Of a DNA stretch of 64,000 bases, positions 29,841 through 39,766 are shown in pieces. This DNA comes from Candidatus Magasanikiibacteriota bacterium (lineage in GTDB: Bacteria; Patescibacteriota; Patescibacteriia; Magasanikbacterales; UBA922), in assembly GCA_016193335.1 (NCBI GenBank), contig JACPSK010000005.1, positions 13,308-77,307 of the forward strand, given 5' to 3'. The stretch's first letter is position 1. Every line of letters starts with the position of its first letter. The notes under the pieces were generated by a model, which did not search any database, was not told where the DNA came from, and saw only the letters and a list, made by a program, of their open reading frames with translations. A program made the translations under genes and the position numbers.

Positions 29841-30103
29841 AATAGAAATTAAAATATTACATACAATAGAACGTCCAATATTGAATACGAGATAACACTT
29901 CCTATCCCAGAGTCAGCTGAGTATATCACCGGCAGATATTTGTTTCAAGTGCACGGTGCAGAATGATAGATGAAAACCATCGCCTCGTATCCAGACCTGA
30001 AATCTGTTCTTTAAACGGCCGGTGCGCTAACCCCGCATCCTAAAAATTTTAAAAGACGCCTTCACCTGGAAAGCGCCTTTCAATACGCTAGAGCCCATTA
30101 TGA

Positions 30104-31426
30104 TTATTCGGCTCCCTGGGTTTCGTCTTGTTCAAGATTTTGGTTTTCAGCGTTATGAGATTCAGAAGGAGAAATAGGTTCAGAATCAGGCTTTTCAGGC
30201 TGGGCCTGTTGATCTTCGGAACTTGAGACAGCGGTTTCAGCGCTCTCGTCAGAGTTAGAAGAAGACGACTCAGCAGAAGCGGGCGGTTTCTGCTCCAGCA
30301 CTTTTATAGTCCAGCCGGTTAATTCAGAGGCCAAACGCACATTTTGGCCTTCACGTCCTATCGCGAGCGAAAATTGGTCCTCTGCCACGTACACAAGCGC
30401 CTCTTTGTTGGATTCGTCAAGTTCCACGGTGCTGATTTTGGCAGGTGATAAAGCATTTTTTATATATGCTTTCGCGTCTTCACTATATTCTATAATATCA
30501 ATTTTTTCACCTCCCAATTCATCAATAATGGTATTGATACGGCTGCCACGCTGGCCTATGCAAGAGCCGATGGGATCTATATTGTCATTATCAGTAGACA
30601 CCGCAACTTTGGAACGGCCGCCCGCCTCACGCGCTATATTTTTTATTTCCACTTCCCCGCTTTCTATTTCCGGTATCTCTTGTTCAAATATGGTTTGCAC
30701 CATGCGTTTGTCGGCGCGAGATAGCATAATTTCAGGGCCTCTGCTTCCCATTTCCACTGAAACCAAATAAAATTTCATCCGAGCGCCCGGTGTGTAATGT
30801 TCGCGTCTAACTTGGCCATTCTGCGGCACAATACCCGTTACTTTTCCCAAATCAATGATAAGAGCGCCGCTTCGATCCCGTCTTTGCACAAAGCCCTGGA
30901 CAATGCTTCCTAGCTGACCCTTAAAGTCTTCATATACCGTACTTCTCTCGGCTTCGCGAAGTTTTTGAATAATAACCTGCTTGGCGGTTTGAGCGGCCAT
31001 GCGCCCAAAATCTCCCGGGACTTCGAGATCTATTTTCAAAATTTCACCAAGCTCTGCCTTGGGCTTCAATTCCTTGGCCTGAGTGACCATGATCTGAGTC
31101 TTGGGATTAAAACGGATCAAATCTTCCATTTCTTCGTCCGAAAGTTCCCGTCGTTCCTTGCGAGCTTCTTCTCGACGCTTGGTCATTTCTTCCTGAGCTT
31201 GCTCCAAAATTTCTTCGGAAATGTCTTCCACGACTTCTTTTTCATCCCAAACCTTCATGTCTCCGGTCTCAGGATCAAACTCAACTTTGATGTTTTGTTG
31301 ACGATTGCCGAAATCTTTTCGATACGCGGCGGCCAGAGCCGATTGCAAAGCATCCATGACCACCGAAGGGTCCAGCCCTTTTTCGTCACAGACAATCTGA
31401 ATTGATTTTGTTATTTCTGATGCCAT
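30104..31426 (-). CDS. nusA: transcription termination/antitermination factor NusA with an acidic tail
   Basis: S1 domain plus two KH regions; acidic Ser/Glu-rich C-terminus. Confidence 0.85.
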   Translation of the reverse strand: MASEITKSIQIVCDEKGLDPSVVMDALQSALAAAYRKDFGNRQQNIKVEFDPETGDMKVWDEKEVVEDISEEILEQAQEEMTKRREEARKERRELSDEEMEDLIRFNPKTQIMVTQAKELKPKAELGEILKIDLEVPGDFGRMAAQTAKQVIIQKLREAERSTVYEDFKGQLGSIVQGFVQRRDRSGALIIDLGKVTGIVPQNGQVRREHYTPGARMKFYLVSVEMGSRGPEIMLSRADKRMVQTIFEQEIPEIESGEVEIKNIAREAGGRSKVAVSTDNDNIDPIGSCIGQRGSRINTIIDELGGEKIDIIEYSEDAKAYIKNALSPAKISTVELDESNKEALVYVAEDQFSLAIGREGQNVRLASELTGWTIKVLEQKPPASAESSSSNSDESAETAVSSSEDQQAQPEKPDSEPISPSESHNAENQNLEQDETQGAE

Positions 31427-31466
31427 ATAAAAATAGGTTATGAGATCCGCACTTATAAAAAACGCA

Positions 31467-31500
31467 GCTTCATAATGAAGCTGCGTTTATACTATAGCAG
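31467..31500. terminator. bidirectional terminator hairpin
   Basis: aaaaaacgcagcttcataatgaagctgcgttta. Confidence 0.5.
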
Positions 31501-31625
31501 AATTCTTGGAACCTGTCAAATCACCGACTTCAATCTTCTGTGTTCAAATATACGGAACAAAGTTCCTCATTTCCCAAGCAAGGAACAGACTTTGAACAAT
31601 CCTTACGGGCTCTTGGGTTACGGGC

Positions 31626-33347
31626 TCAAAATGCTTTGCAGGCGAGACCGTCTCCGCAGCCAATCGCGAAATTGGTGCAGGTAAAAAAGCTTCCGCTCTG
31701 GTCAAAACACACATAAGGCAATTTTTCATTTTGACACAAGGCAAAGGATTCGCTGGCTTCAGAGGCTTTAAGCGCGCAGGCGTCGGGAGCGCATATCTCA
31801 CTGTTTATAAACATGGGATCTTTGCCTTCAAGAGACTTTGCCATTTGGTTGATGCAGGTGCGCGCCGCGTCTGGACTCCCTGCGTATGGGCCATTTGTAG
31901 TCAGAGAACAACCAGCAAGAGTCTGAGTGCTCACGAAATTGTCGTAAGGATTCCAATCCAATACGGCATAAGCGTCTTGCCCTACTTTAAAAGTGACCAT
32001 TCCTCGGTACACATCAGCGCATTCATAAGAATTGACGAGATTTTGCCAGGAATTTTTTGACAAACCCTGCACAGAGCTCAGGCGCTTAAAACATATGTCT
32101 GCCTTGTTCGCGGCGCTTGTGGCGCAGAATTCTTTTTCTTTGTAACATTGAGAAAGACCCAAAAAGAAAATATTCTGTTCAAGAGAAGCGGAAAGCTCGT
32201 CTACACAAGCTTTGGCATTGGCAAAAGAATCAGGATTAAGACTGCATCCGGAAAATTGTTGGCCGAGAATAAGATCGGCCGTGTTATCATATGAAACTGT
32301 TTGATATAAGGCCCCATTTTTTATAATAGGCATGCCTTTGTATACACCTTCGCAACCGTAGGTATCGAGCATATATTGAGCCTGAGTCTCGAGACCTGCG
32401 GCTTTAAAACGATTGGCGCAAAAACCCTTACCCGAAGCTTCACAAAAACCGGCCAAATCCGGGCAGGTGGATTCTCCGAGATATAAATCTTTACCTTTTA
32501 TTTCTGAAGTTAGCTCATCAAGACAAGCTTTTACGATCTCAGGCGTTTTGGCGAAATTCGAATTCACCAAAGAACAATTGGCCAAATACACAGGCCCGGG
32601 GACATTATCATAAAGATTCACGTTCAGAGCCGCATAACCTTGAGGGTCGGAAATGATGGGAAATCCTTTGTATACGCCGGCGCATTGATGATTTTGAAGC
32701 AAGGTATCTATAGCTCCTTCATCCAATTTGGTGGCGGAAACTAAGCGTTTTTTGCATATGCCAGGATCCAGAGCCGCGGGGACTGAACAAAAATTACTGT
32801 CTTTAAAAACTGGTTCTGTTATTTCTATGGTTCCGCTTTCTGTGGGTCCCACAGGCTTGGAGCTTAAACCGAATTTGGCAAAGGGAACCCCGTAGTTATT
32901 ATTTTTTTCATTCAATTCAAGGATATAACCCTTCGGGTCTTTTTCTTTATAATCAATGTAGGCTATAAGTTGATTTTCTGCAGCATCTTCTTGGTATATC
33001 TTTTCAAGAACAATATCCACTTTCCCGGATTGGCCGGGCTTAAGCTGAAAAGAACCAGGCTGAGTGCTTAGTGTAGTAACTTTTTTTGCAAGTTCTGCCG
33101 AAGGTTTAGAATACAAAAATAAAGCGTATCTTCCCTTCACCTGAGTCTTTCCTATATTTGCGAATTCAACAGAAACCGTATCTTGTTCCTGACCGACTTG
33201 ATATATCAAGTCTTTAATGACAAGGTCGGGCTTTGCGAAAGCTCCACCGGCCGCTGAAGCTGCCAAAGCCGCGGCGCCGAGAAACGCCGAAGCCACTGCG
33301 AGCTTGGCACCGGTCACTGCCTGAACTTTTGTCGTTTCTTGTGGCAT
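31626..33347 (-). CDS. secreted Cys-rich protein with three ~120-aa internal repeats
   Basis: signal/anchor LAVASAFLGAAALAASAAGG; repeated C..GVYKG.PII...GYA...N.YDN block, three copies. Confidence 0.5.
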   Translation of the reverse strand: MPQETTKVQAVTGAKLAVASAFLGAAALAASAAGGAFAKPDLVIKDLIYQVGQEQDTVSVEFANIGKTQVKGRYALFLYSKPSAELAKKVTTLSTQPGSFQLKPGQSGKVDIVLEKIYQEDAAENQLIAYIDYKEKDPKGYILELNEKNNNYGVPFAKFGLSSKPVGPTESGTIEITEPVFKDSNFCSVPAALDPGICKKRLVSATKLDEGAIDTLLQNHQCAGVYKGFPIISDPQGYAALNVNLYDNVPGPVYLANCSLVNSNFAKTPEIVKACLDELTSEIKGKDLYLGESTCPDLAGFCEASGKGFCANRFKAAGLETQAQYMLDTYGCEGVYKGMPIIKNGALYQTVSYDNTADLILGQQFSGCSLNPDSFANAKACVDELSASLEQNIFFLGLSQCYKEKEFCATSAANKADICFKRLSSVQGLSKNSWQNLVNSYECADVYRGMVTFKVGQDAYAVLDWNPYDNFVSTQTLAGCSLTTNGPYAGSPDAARTCINQMAKSLEGKDPMFINSEICAPDACALKASEASESFALCQNEKLPYVCFDQSGSFFTCTNFAIGCGDGLACKAF

Positions 33348-33374
33348 AGAAAATAAAATTATAATAAAAAATAA

Positions 33375-34013
33375 TTAAAGTTTGGGACCATAGGATACGG
33401 AGAGCTCATTATTTTTTTCGTTCAATTCTGGAATCTCCGCTTTAAAATCCACAACCGCGCGTATTTCCATCCGGTTTTCTCCTGTTAGAGAATCACTAAA
33501 ACGAGGAACCAGCACCTGCGCTACACCCTTGTCGCCAGGCTTAAGACGATACTCGTTTAAACCGGAAACCGTATTCCCTTCGGAACGAAATTTGGCGTTT
33601 ATAGGAATAAGCAACATGCCAGCCTGCTGTTTTTTTAGAAGAAAAAAAGTGGCCGGAGCTTGAGAAGCTTCCTCAGCCTTATAGTCCACCATATGCTGAA
33701 CACGAGCCGCCCCTATGAGGGGATCGTCAAATTGAAGACCCAACTCAAAAACCTTTGTATTTTCAGTATTTCCTGCGTTGGAATAATATATAGAAACCGT
33801 GTCATGCTCTGAATCCGCGTAAGCCGAAGAATCATTCACCGTAATCTGATCTATCACAAGATCTGGATTATTCGCCTGAATATCAGCGGCAGAAGCAGCC
33901 AAAACGGCGGCGCCCAAATAGGCTACGCTTATAGCCATTTTTGTCTTAGAGACCGACTGTGTTTTTATTTGTGTGGCTATGGGCACAGGAAAAGAGAAAT
34001 TTTTAATTTGCAA
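33375..34013 (-). CDS. secreted protein, paralog of the N-terminal domain of the upstream gene
   Basis: shares the signal sequence and the DLVI..I N-terminal domain with 31626-33347. Confidence 0.45.
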   Translation of the reverse strand: MQIKNFSFPVPIATQIKTQSVSKTKMAISVAYLGAAVLAASAADIQANNPDLVIDQITVNDSSAYADSEHDTVSIYYSNAGNTENTKVFELGLQFDDPLIGAARVQHMVDYKAEEASQAPATFFLLKKQQAGMLLIPINAKFRSEGNTVSGLNEYRLKPGDKGVAQVLVPRFSDSLTGENRMEIRAVVDFKAEIPELNEKNNELSVSYGPKL

Positions 34014-34126
34014 TTTTTAATTTTTAATTCCTGCGTGGTGATGCAATCAATATCTTTCAGCGTCTCATCATTCCAAAGAATCAATCCTCTCGCGACAGAC
34101 CATGAAAAATCTTCGCTAAGCGCGAC

Positions 34127-35302
34127 TTAATGAATCTCTTCTCGCTTCATTCCCACCCACTCGGCGACAATTTCTTTGATATCGTCCACATCCACCGTGC
34201 TTTGAACCTCATCCGCGGCCTTTCCCCTCTCTGCTTCTTCAATTTTTTTGACCTGTTCGACAATTTTTTTTCTGATAGTGAATAATTTTTTTTCGTCGTC
34301 AGTGCCCTGTTCTTGAGAGCGTAAATCTTCCAATTCTTTTTTCATTTTTCCAGCGGCATTGGAGTGAAATACACTCTTTTGTTTCGCGGCTCCGTGCAAA
34401 AGAGCTCCCGCGTGATCTACGGCTGAACCTTCCTGAACATTTACCATGGCGGCGGCCTCGTCGATAAGATCTATCGCCTTATCCGGAAGCCGGCGGCCTT
34501 TTATATATTCATGAGAAAGAGTAACCGCTTTTTTGATGGCTTCATCGGTAAACTGCACTTTGTGATAAGCTTCGTAATTCTTTTTGATGCCCTGGAGAAT
34601 GGTTATCGCCTCTTCCACGCTCGGCTCATCCACCAATACAGGCTGGAAACGACGCACCCAGGTCTCGTCCGGAGCTATAAATTCGTCATATTCTTTTTGC
34701 GTGGTCGCTCCTATGAGCTGCAAATCGCCTCGAGCTAGAGCCGGTTTCAGAATGTCGGAAAGGTTCACCGAACCTTCGGCACCTTTGGTCTGCATAACGG
34801 TATGAATTTCGTCCACAAACAATATGATCGAACGGTTTGATTGGCTGATCTCTTCTACCACCCTTTTGATGCGCTGTTCAAATTCGCCGCGGTATTTGGT
34901 CCCGGCCAAAAGTTCCGCTACCCGCAAAGATAAAATACGTTTATCCTTTAATACTTGAGGAACGTCGTTGGTAACAATCTTAAGGGCCAAACCTTCAGCT
35001 ATAGCCGTCTTGCCTACACCGGGAGGACCGAGCAAAATGACATTATTCTTATTGCGTCGGGTCAAAATCTGAGTGACACGCATAATTTCTTCTTCTCTCC
35101 CTATAACCGGATCAAAGCGGCCATCTCGGGCGTTTTGGGTGAGATCGGTGGAAAAACTGGCCAGAGCCGGCGTATTGCCTGAAGTTCTTTTTGAAGCAAA
35201 AGATCCGAAACCCGAAGACCTTTTTTGGGCGAACAAATAATAGGTAACTGTAAATATAATTATCGCGACCCCGAACCAACGTAATAACTCAAAAAGAGTC
35301 AT
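34127..35302 (-). CDS. membrane-anchored Clp-family AAA+ ATPase, D1 domain only
   Basis: N-terminal TM; ClpA/B D1 motifs [39 protein letters not shown]; ends at the D1/M-domain boundary; no D2. Confidence 0.55.
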   Translation of the reverse strand: MTLFELLRWFGVAIIIFTVTYYLFAQKRSSGFGSFASKRTSGNTPALASFSTDLTQNARDGRFDPVIGREEEIMRVTQILTRRNKNNVILLGPPGVGKTAIAEGLALKIVTNDVPQVLKDKRILSLRVAELLAGTKYRGEFEQRIKRVVEEISQSNRSIILFVDEIHTVMQTKGAEGSVNLSDILKPALARGDLQLIGATTQKEYDEFIAPDETWVRRFQPVLVDEPSVEEAITILQGIKKNYEAYHKVQFTDEAIKKAVTLSHEYIKGRRLPDKAIDLIDEAAAMVNVQEGSAVDHAGALLHGAAKQKSVFHSNAAGKMKKELEDLRSQEQGTDDEKKLFTIRKKIVEQVKKIEEAERGKAADEVQSTVDVDDIKEIVAEWVGMKREEIH

Positions 35303-35457
35303 ATAATTTAGATTAAAATGGTATCAGCAGTATAGCATCTCTACTCATACCTGTGAAGCGCTTTGAATGAGGAAAATCATTATTTCCTTTTCCTACTAAA
35401 ACCAATAGACAAAAAAATAAAAAGAATAAAATCCTATAATTCAAAGGAAACAGGATC

Positions 35458-35847
35458 TTAACAATTGACCATGGGCAATAATCGTTTTTGAAAATGCAAA
35501 CGCCTATGCAAACGATTAATATACAGGCTGATATGTTCAAACCTTATACCAACAGAATCCAAATCAATACCACGCAAAGCGCAATACTCTATAGCGGCTC
35601 TGTATATTCTTTGTCTTTTCTTGGCTTCGGTCGCGTATTCTGGCAAAGAAAAAAGACTGCTGCGAGTCTTAACTTCAATAAAAGATAGTACGAATCTCCC
35701 CTCTGACGCCATATAAGCAATTATATCTATTTCGCCTCTCCTCGTTCTGAAATTAGTTTCTGCTATCCGATAGCCCTGACGTTTTAAAAAAGCGCAGGAT
35801 TGGGCCTCGCCCCAGATTCCTATATTTTGGGCTCCGCTCTTCGACAT
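35458..35847 (-). CDS. YraN-family (UPF0102) endonuclease
   Basis: GEAQSCAFLKRQGYRIAETNFR...GEIDIIA. Confidence 0.6.
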   Translation of the reverse strand: MSKSGAQNIGIWGEAQSCAFLKRQGYRIAETNFRTRRGEIDIIAYMASEGRFVLSFIEVKTRSSLFSLPEYATEAKKRQRIYRAAIEYCALRGIDLDSVGIRFEHISLYINRLHRRLHFQKRLLPMVNC

Positions 35848-35860
35848 AATGGTAGATTTG

Positions 35861-36415
35861 TTAGGAGTGCCGGAACAAAATCAAGGCCTTATGATAGGAA
35901 CCCACATCAAAATCATCTTGCACTACACAGCCACAGGTCCGAGCCAGGACGCTGAGTCTGGGAAAATCAACCATTTTGTCTAAAGCAGGGCCAAGATTGG
36001 CAAGTCTTTTTACCCAATCTACCACGACAATTCTTCCTTTGTCTTTCAAAACACGGAGAGCCTCTTTAAGAACTGCCTCATAATCCGAAATATGAAACAT
36101 AACATTCACCAAAAAAATAAGGTCCAGGCTGGCGGCCGGTATGGCTACCGAACCCGAACGTTCTATGTCGGCCCACACCGTGTGTATATTCACAAAACGT
36201 TCGAGTTCCGCCCGTTTTCTGATAGATTCCAACACATCTTTAAGTATATCCACCGCGTATACTACTCCCCGTTCACCCACCATCTGAGCCGCGGGAAATA
36301 CAAGATGGCCGGTTCTCCCAACGCCAAAATCCGCCACATGCATTTGGGGGCGCAACTGAACCTTGCTGAAAAGAATCCCGGGATCGATAAGCTGATGGTC
36401 ACGACTCTCTAACAT
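35861..36415 (-). CDS. class I SAM-dependent methyltransferase
   Basis: VADFGVGRTG glycine-rich motif I. Confidence 0.55.
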   Translation of the reverse strand: MLESRDHQLIDPGILFSKVQLRPQMHVADFGVGRTGHLVFPAAQMVGERGVVYAVDILKDVLESIRKRAELERFVNIHTVWADIERSGSVAIPAASLDLIFLVNVMFHISDYEAVLKEALRVLKDKGRIVVVDWVKRLANLGPALDKMVDFPRLSVLARTCGCVVQDDFDVGSYHKALILFRHS

Positions 36416-36610
36416 ACCGGCACATACTTATTATTAGCAGCCCTTGATTAAAAATTTGTAATTTTCATTTTTTAAACAATTTTTGATTTTGATAGAATCG
36501 GATAAGCGAATGCAGTCCCTCTGAGCTTGTCGCAAAAATGATCCATCCCTATTCAGGCGCTCAGTCTCTGTTATGGGTAGGATTATTGCGGAGATTTGAT
36601 TGCAAAATGT

Positions 36611-36850
36611 TTAAAGCCCAAAAAGACGACCAAAAACACCTACAATAATTTCTCCAAGAAGCCCGGTCATGCCAAACAAAGAAAGAACAATAAAAATTAT
36701 GCCGAGAAGTTTGTACATCAGATAGGTGCCTCCACCCCCCAGATGATCCTCTGCCCAGGCGCTATGCCCAAAATTTTGGACAAACCAGCTGCTCTTGACC
36801 ACCATAAAAAAACCGAGCGCTATAATTCCTATCCCGAAAATATATTTCAT
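36611..36850 (-). CDS. small membrane protein
   Basis: two TM helices; ORF only. Confidence 0.3.
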   Translation of the reverse strand: MKYIFGIGIIALGFFMVVKSSWFVQNFGHSAWAEDHLGGGGTYLMYKLLGIIFIVLSLFGMTGLLGEIIVGVFGRLFGL

Positions 36851-37030
36851 AATAATATGAAATTTTTAATTTGTAATTTATAATTTTTAAACAATTCATA
36901 ATAATACAATTTCTAATGATCTAAACGAAATACCGCTATCTGAAAGATACCTTATAGCAGACTCGGTCATTAGAAATTTATATAGAATAAAAATTTTTTA
37001 AAAATTATAAATTACAAATTCTCCTCATAC
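36850..37030. repeat. AT-rich inverted-repeat element with a conserved ~60-nt core (copy 2, inverted relative to copy 1)
   Basis: arms tttaatttgtaatttataatttttaaacaatt at 36855-36890 and inverted at 36985-37020; the core reverse complement aligns with the 16222-16282 core. Confidence 0.5.
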
Positions 37031-37139
37031 TATTGTACTATGAGACATCCGTATTTACAAGAAATAAAACTTGCGCGATAAACTGCTTTCTGATAGTCTC
37101 TCGGAAGCAGTTTTGCCCTGCGGCTACGTCGGATCAATC

Positions 37140-38108
37140 TCAAACTATCAATGTTTTAAATTCTTCCACCATGGGAACTTGTTCAGACTCGAGCCCATAG
37201 TGTTTGGCCAAATAAAAGGCCGCCCAATCAGCAAGCAACAATGAAGAAAATATCTTTTCAGACGCGGTCTCTCCCTTTAGTTCAAAGAACTCCACTTCCA
37301 GTTTTCTTTCTTCATACAGAGTTTTCAAAACATCCATACGCTTCAAAATCTTGGGATGGTCTGAAAGATCTTTGAGAAAAATAAAATAAAAACGCTCCGA
37401 GAGATGCCTGCTGGATTTTTTCACGTCAAAACCAGTCATTTCATTGTGATTCAATTCTGAAAAAAAATTGTAAAAAGCAGGAATTTTGCCGGTCTCATTA
37501 AATTTAATTTTCCAATTGTAGGCCAAGGAACGATTTACCCTCGAAGAATAGACAACAGGCACACGATCCTTGAGACGATTCGCAAGAGCCTTACCTGCTT
37601 TCTCATACATCAAAGGATCAAGACTCTCCGCAAGTTTGTAAGACTCTTCCAAAAGTGTGCCAAGGCCCATAAGGGCACAAAGACCTCTAAGACTAAGGCC
37701 CAAAGCGGAACGAGGCTGAATGCCCGTGTCGGGCATCTGAACATAGGGTACTTGGTCTCTTTGCGCCCTTTCTATGAGTTCGCCGCCAACAGCGATTGCG
37801 GCTACAGAGAGGCCCGCCGACCGGGCTTGGTCGTAAACTTCCAAAACTTCTTCAGTATTCCCCGAATAGGAACTGCATATAACGAGAGTCTCGGGAATAC
37901 AGGCGGATGGAATTGAAGGTAAACCATAATCACAGTGAACAGTAATATGGAGCTCAGGCCTGAGAGACGCGATAATATCGGCCGCAAGATGCGAACCGCC
38001 CATGCCTGCCACAATATACTTTTTTTTATCTTTCAATAAACTCCGATTTTCCACTCGCGGCTCGTAAGCGAATTGCGTATTAAATGTCCGAATAGCGTCC
38101 TGCATCAT
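37140..38108 (-). CDS. SIS-domain bifunctional phosphoglucose/phosphomannose isomerase-like protein
   Basis: YIVAGMGGSHLAADIIA SIS motif. Confidence 0.5.
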   Translation of the reverse strand: MMQDAIRTFNTQFAYEPRVENRSLLKDKKKYIVAGMGGSHLAADIIASLRPELHITVHCDYGLPSIPSACIPETLVICSSYSGNTEEVLEVYDQARSAGLSVAAIAVGGELIERAQRDQVPYVQMPDTGIQPRSALGLSLRGLCALMGLGTLLEESYKLAESLDPLMYEKAGKALANRLKDRVPVVYSSRVNRSLAYNWKIKFNETGKIPAFYNFFSELNHNEMTGFDVKKSSRHLSERFYFIFLKDLSDHPKILKRMDVLKTLYEERKLEVEFFELKGETASEKIFSSLLLADWAAFYLAKHYGLESEQVPMVEEFKTLIV

Positions 38109-38157
38109 AGAATACCGTTTAGATCGTCAAAAGACAGACGTAATTAACTCCAAAAGC

Positions 38158-38409
38158 TTATCTTAATTTTTTCTCCAACTCAGCTTCTGCCTGCAATTTT
38201 GCCAAGTCATCATAGCCACCTACAAACTCATCTCCAATCACTATCATCGGTACGCTCTGCCAATGATACTTTTCAGACAGTTGCTCGCGCAGTTCGGGAT
38301 TTGAAGCAAGGTCCACTTCTTCATATGCTACGCCAAGAGAGCCGAGCAATGCTTTTGCCCGCGCGCAATAGGGACAAGTGGGTGTGCTGTATATAATGAC
38401 TTTTTTCAT
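38158..38409 (-). CDS. glutaredoxin/NrdH-like redoxin
   Basis: TPTCPYC active site. Confidence 0.7.
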   Translation of the reverse strand: MKKVIIYSTPTCPYCARAKALLGSLGVAYEEVDLASNPELREQLSEKYHWQSVPMIVIGDEFVGGYDDLAKLQAEAELEKKLR

Positions 38410-38489
38410 AATATGTTGGGCCTAAGCTTAAGAAAAAAAACCGAAATTGTCAAATATACCATGCCTTTTCGATACACTATAACACAGTA

Positions 38490-39740
38490 TCATTCCTGGC
38501 GCATGGCTAGGACCGGCTCAAGCGTGCTGGCCGCTCGGGCAGGATGCCAACCGAACAGTATACCGACTGAAGCCGAAAACCCGGTGCTCAACAAAATCGA
38601 AAACAGCGGTATTTCAAAAACCCAATGATAACCCAAATGCCGGGCTACGAAGGCAAGCGCGTAAGACAGGAAAGAACCAAAGAATACTCCCAACAAACCC
38701 CCGCACAAAGTGATGACCAAAGATTCTATCAGAAATTGTCTTTGTATAATACGACTCGAAGCCCCGACGGCCTTTCGCAAACCAATTTCAAAAGTTCTCT
38801 CCACTACTGACACGTACATCACATTCATAATGCCCACGCCGCCCACCAGCAAAGAAATACAGGCCAAAGCCACCAAAAGCCAGGTGACGGCGTTTAAAAT
38901 CGTGCCGACCAATTCCAAAGATTCATTCATTGTGGTAACCGAAAAATCGTCTTTGTCCGGATCAGATATATCATGGCGTTCGCGAAGCAAAGCCCGTATC
39001 TCCTCGGCAGTAAATTCCGCTTTGCCGTTATCGTTTGCCTTGGCGGTAATCCACAACACATGATCGACGCCCATGAGTTTTTTTTGTGCGGTGTTTAAGG
39101 GAATATACACCATGCGGTCCATATTTACGAAACCGGTGGCCCCACGTTCGGCCATGATCCCCACCACCTGATATGTTTTTTTGTCAATCTTGATCCTCGT
39201 CTCAAGAGCCTGTTTATTCCCAAATAGCGCCTCTCTTACTTCACTCCCGAGAACCACCACATTACGCGCTCCTTTGTCTTCTGAATCAGAAAAAAATCTT
39301 CCCTCGGCTAAAGTACCCTTATCTATGTCTGGAAATGAAGCCGAAACTCCAAAAATCATAGGCCGCATTTTCTCGTTTTCATAAGACAGCACGGCTTGGC
39401 CTGTAAGCGCTGCATAGGCATTTTCTATATTTTCCAAATCAATGATAGCTTGAGCGTCTTCTGATGTGAGACTGGTAATACTCACACCCCGTGCGTGCCC
39501 ACTGGCGTTTTGGATCGAAGTCTTGCCCGTTTGGGGAATTTTGACCTCTATCTGTATCCAATCATCTCCAAAACTGATCAATTCTTCGAGCAAAAGCCCC
39601 TTAAGTCCCTGCCCTGCTGAAAATACGATAATCACCATTGCTATGCCCAAGATAACTCCAAAAACGGTTAGCAGGCTCCGTGTTTTATTTTTGATAAGTG
39701 CTTTGAGGGCGATCAAAAAAGAATCGAGATACATAATCAC
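38490..39740 (-). CDS. ABC transporter permease (FtsX/MacB family)
   Basis: N-terminal TM, large periplasmic loop, C-terminal FtsX 3-TM bundle. Confidence 0.7.
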   Translation of the reverse strand: MIMYLDSFLIALKALIKNKTRSLLTVFGVILGIAMVIIVFSAGQGLKGLLLEELISFGDDWIQIEVKIPQTGKTSIQNASGHARGVSITSLTSEDAQAIIDLENIENAYAALTGQAVLSYENEKMRPMIFGVSASFPDIDKGTLAEGRFFSDSEDKGARNVVVLGSEVREALFGNKQALETRIKIDKKTYQVVGIMAERGATGFVNMDRMVYIPLNTAQKKLMGVDHVLWITAKANDNGKAEFTAEEIRALLRERHDISDPDKDDFSVTTMNESLELVGTILNAVTWLLVALACISLLVGGVGIMNVMYVSVVERTFEIGLRKAVGASSRIIQRQFLIESLVITLCGGLLGVFFGSFLSYALAFVARHLGYHWVFEIPLFSILLSTGFSASVGILFGWHPARAASTLEPVLAMRQE

Positions 39741-39766
39741 CTATCTTAATTAATAATTCACCGATA

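Noticed and set aside
29925-30030. Possible SRP (4.5S) RNA between nusA and yidC
   Set aside because: There is a long-range 7-bp closing stem (caccggc/gccggtg) and a CAGGTC fragment, but the conserved domain-IV GGAAGCAGC and GNRA features are absent. The evidence is insufficient.
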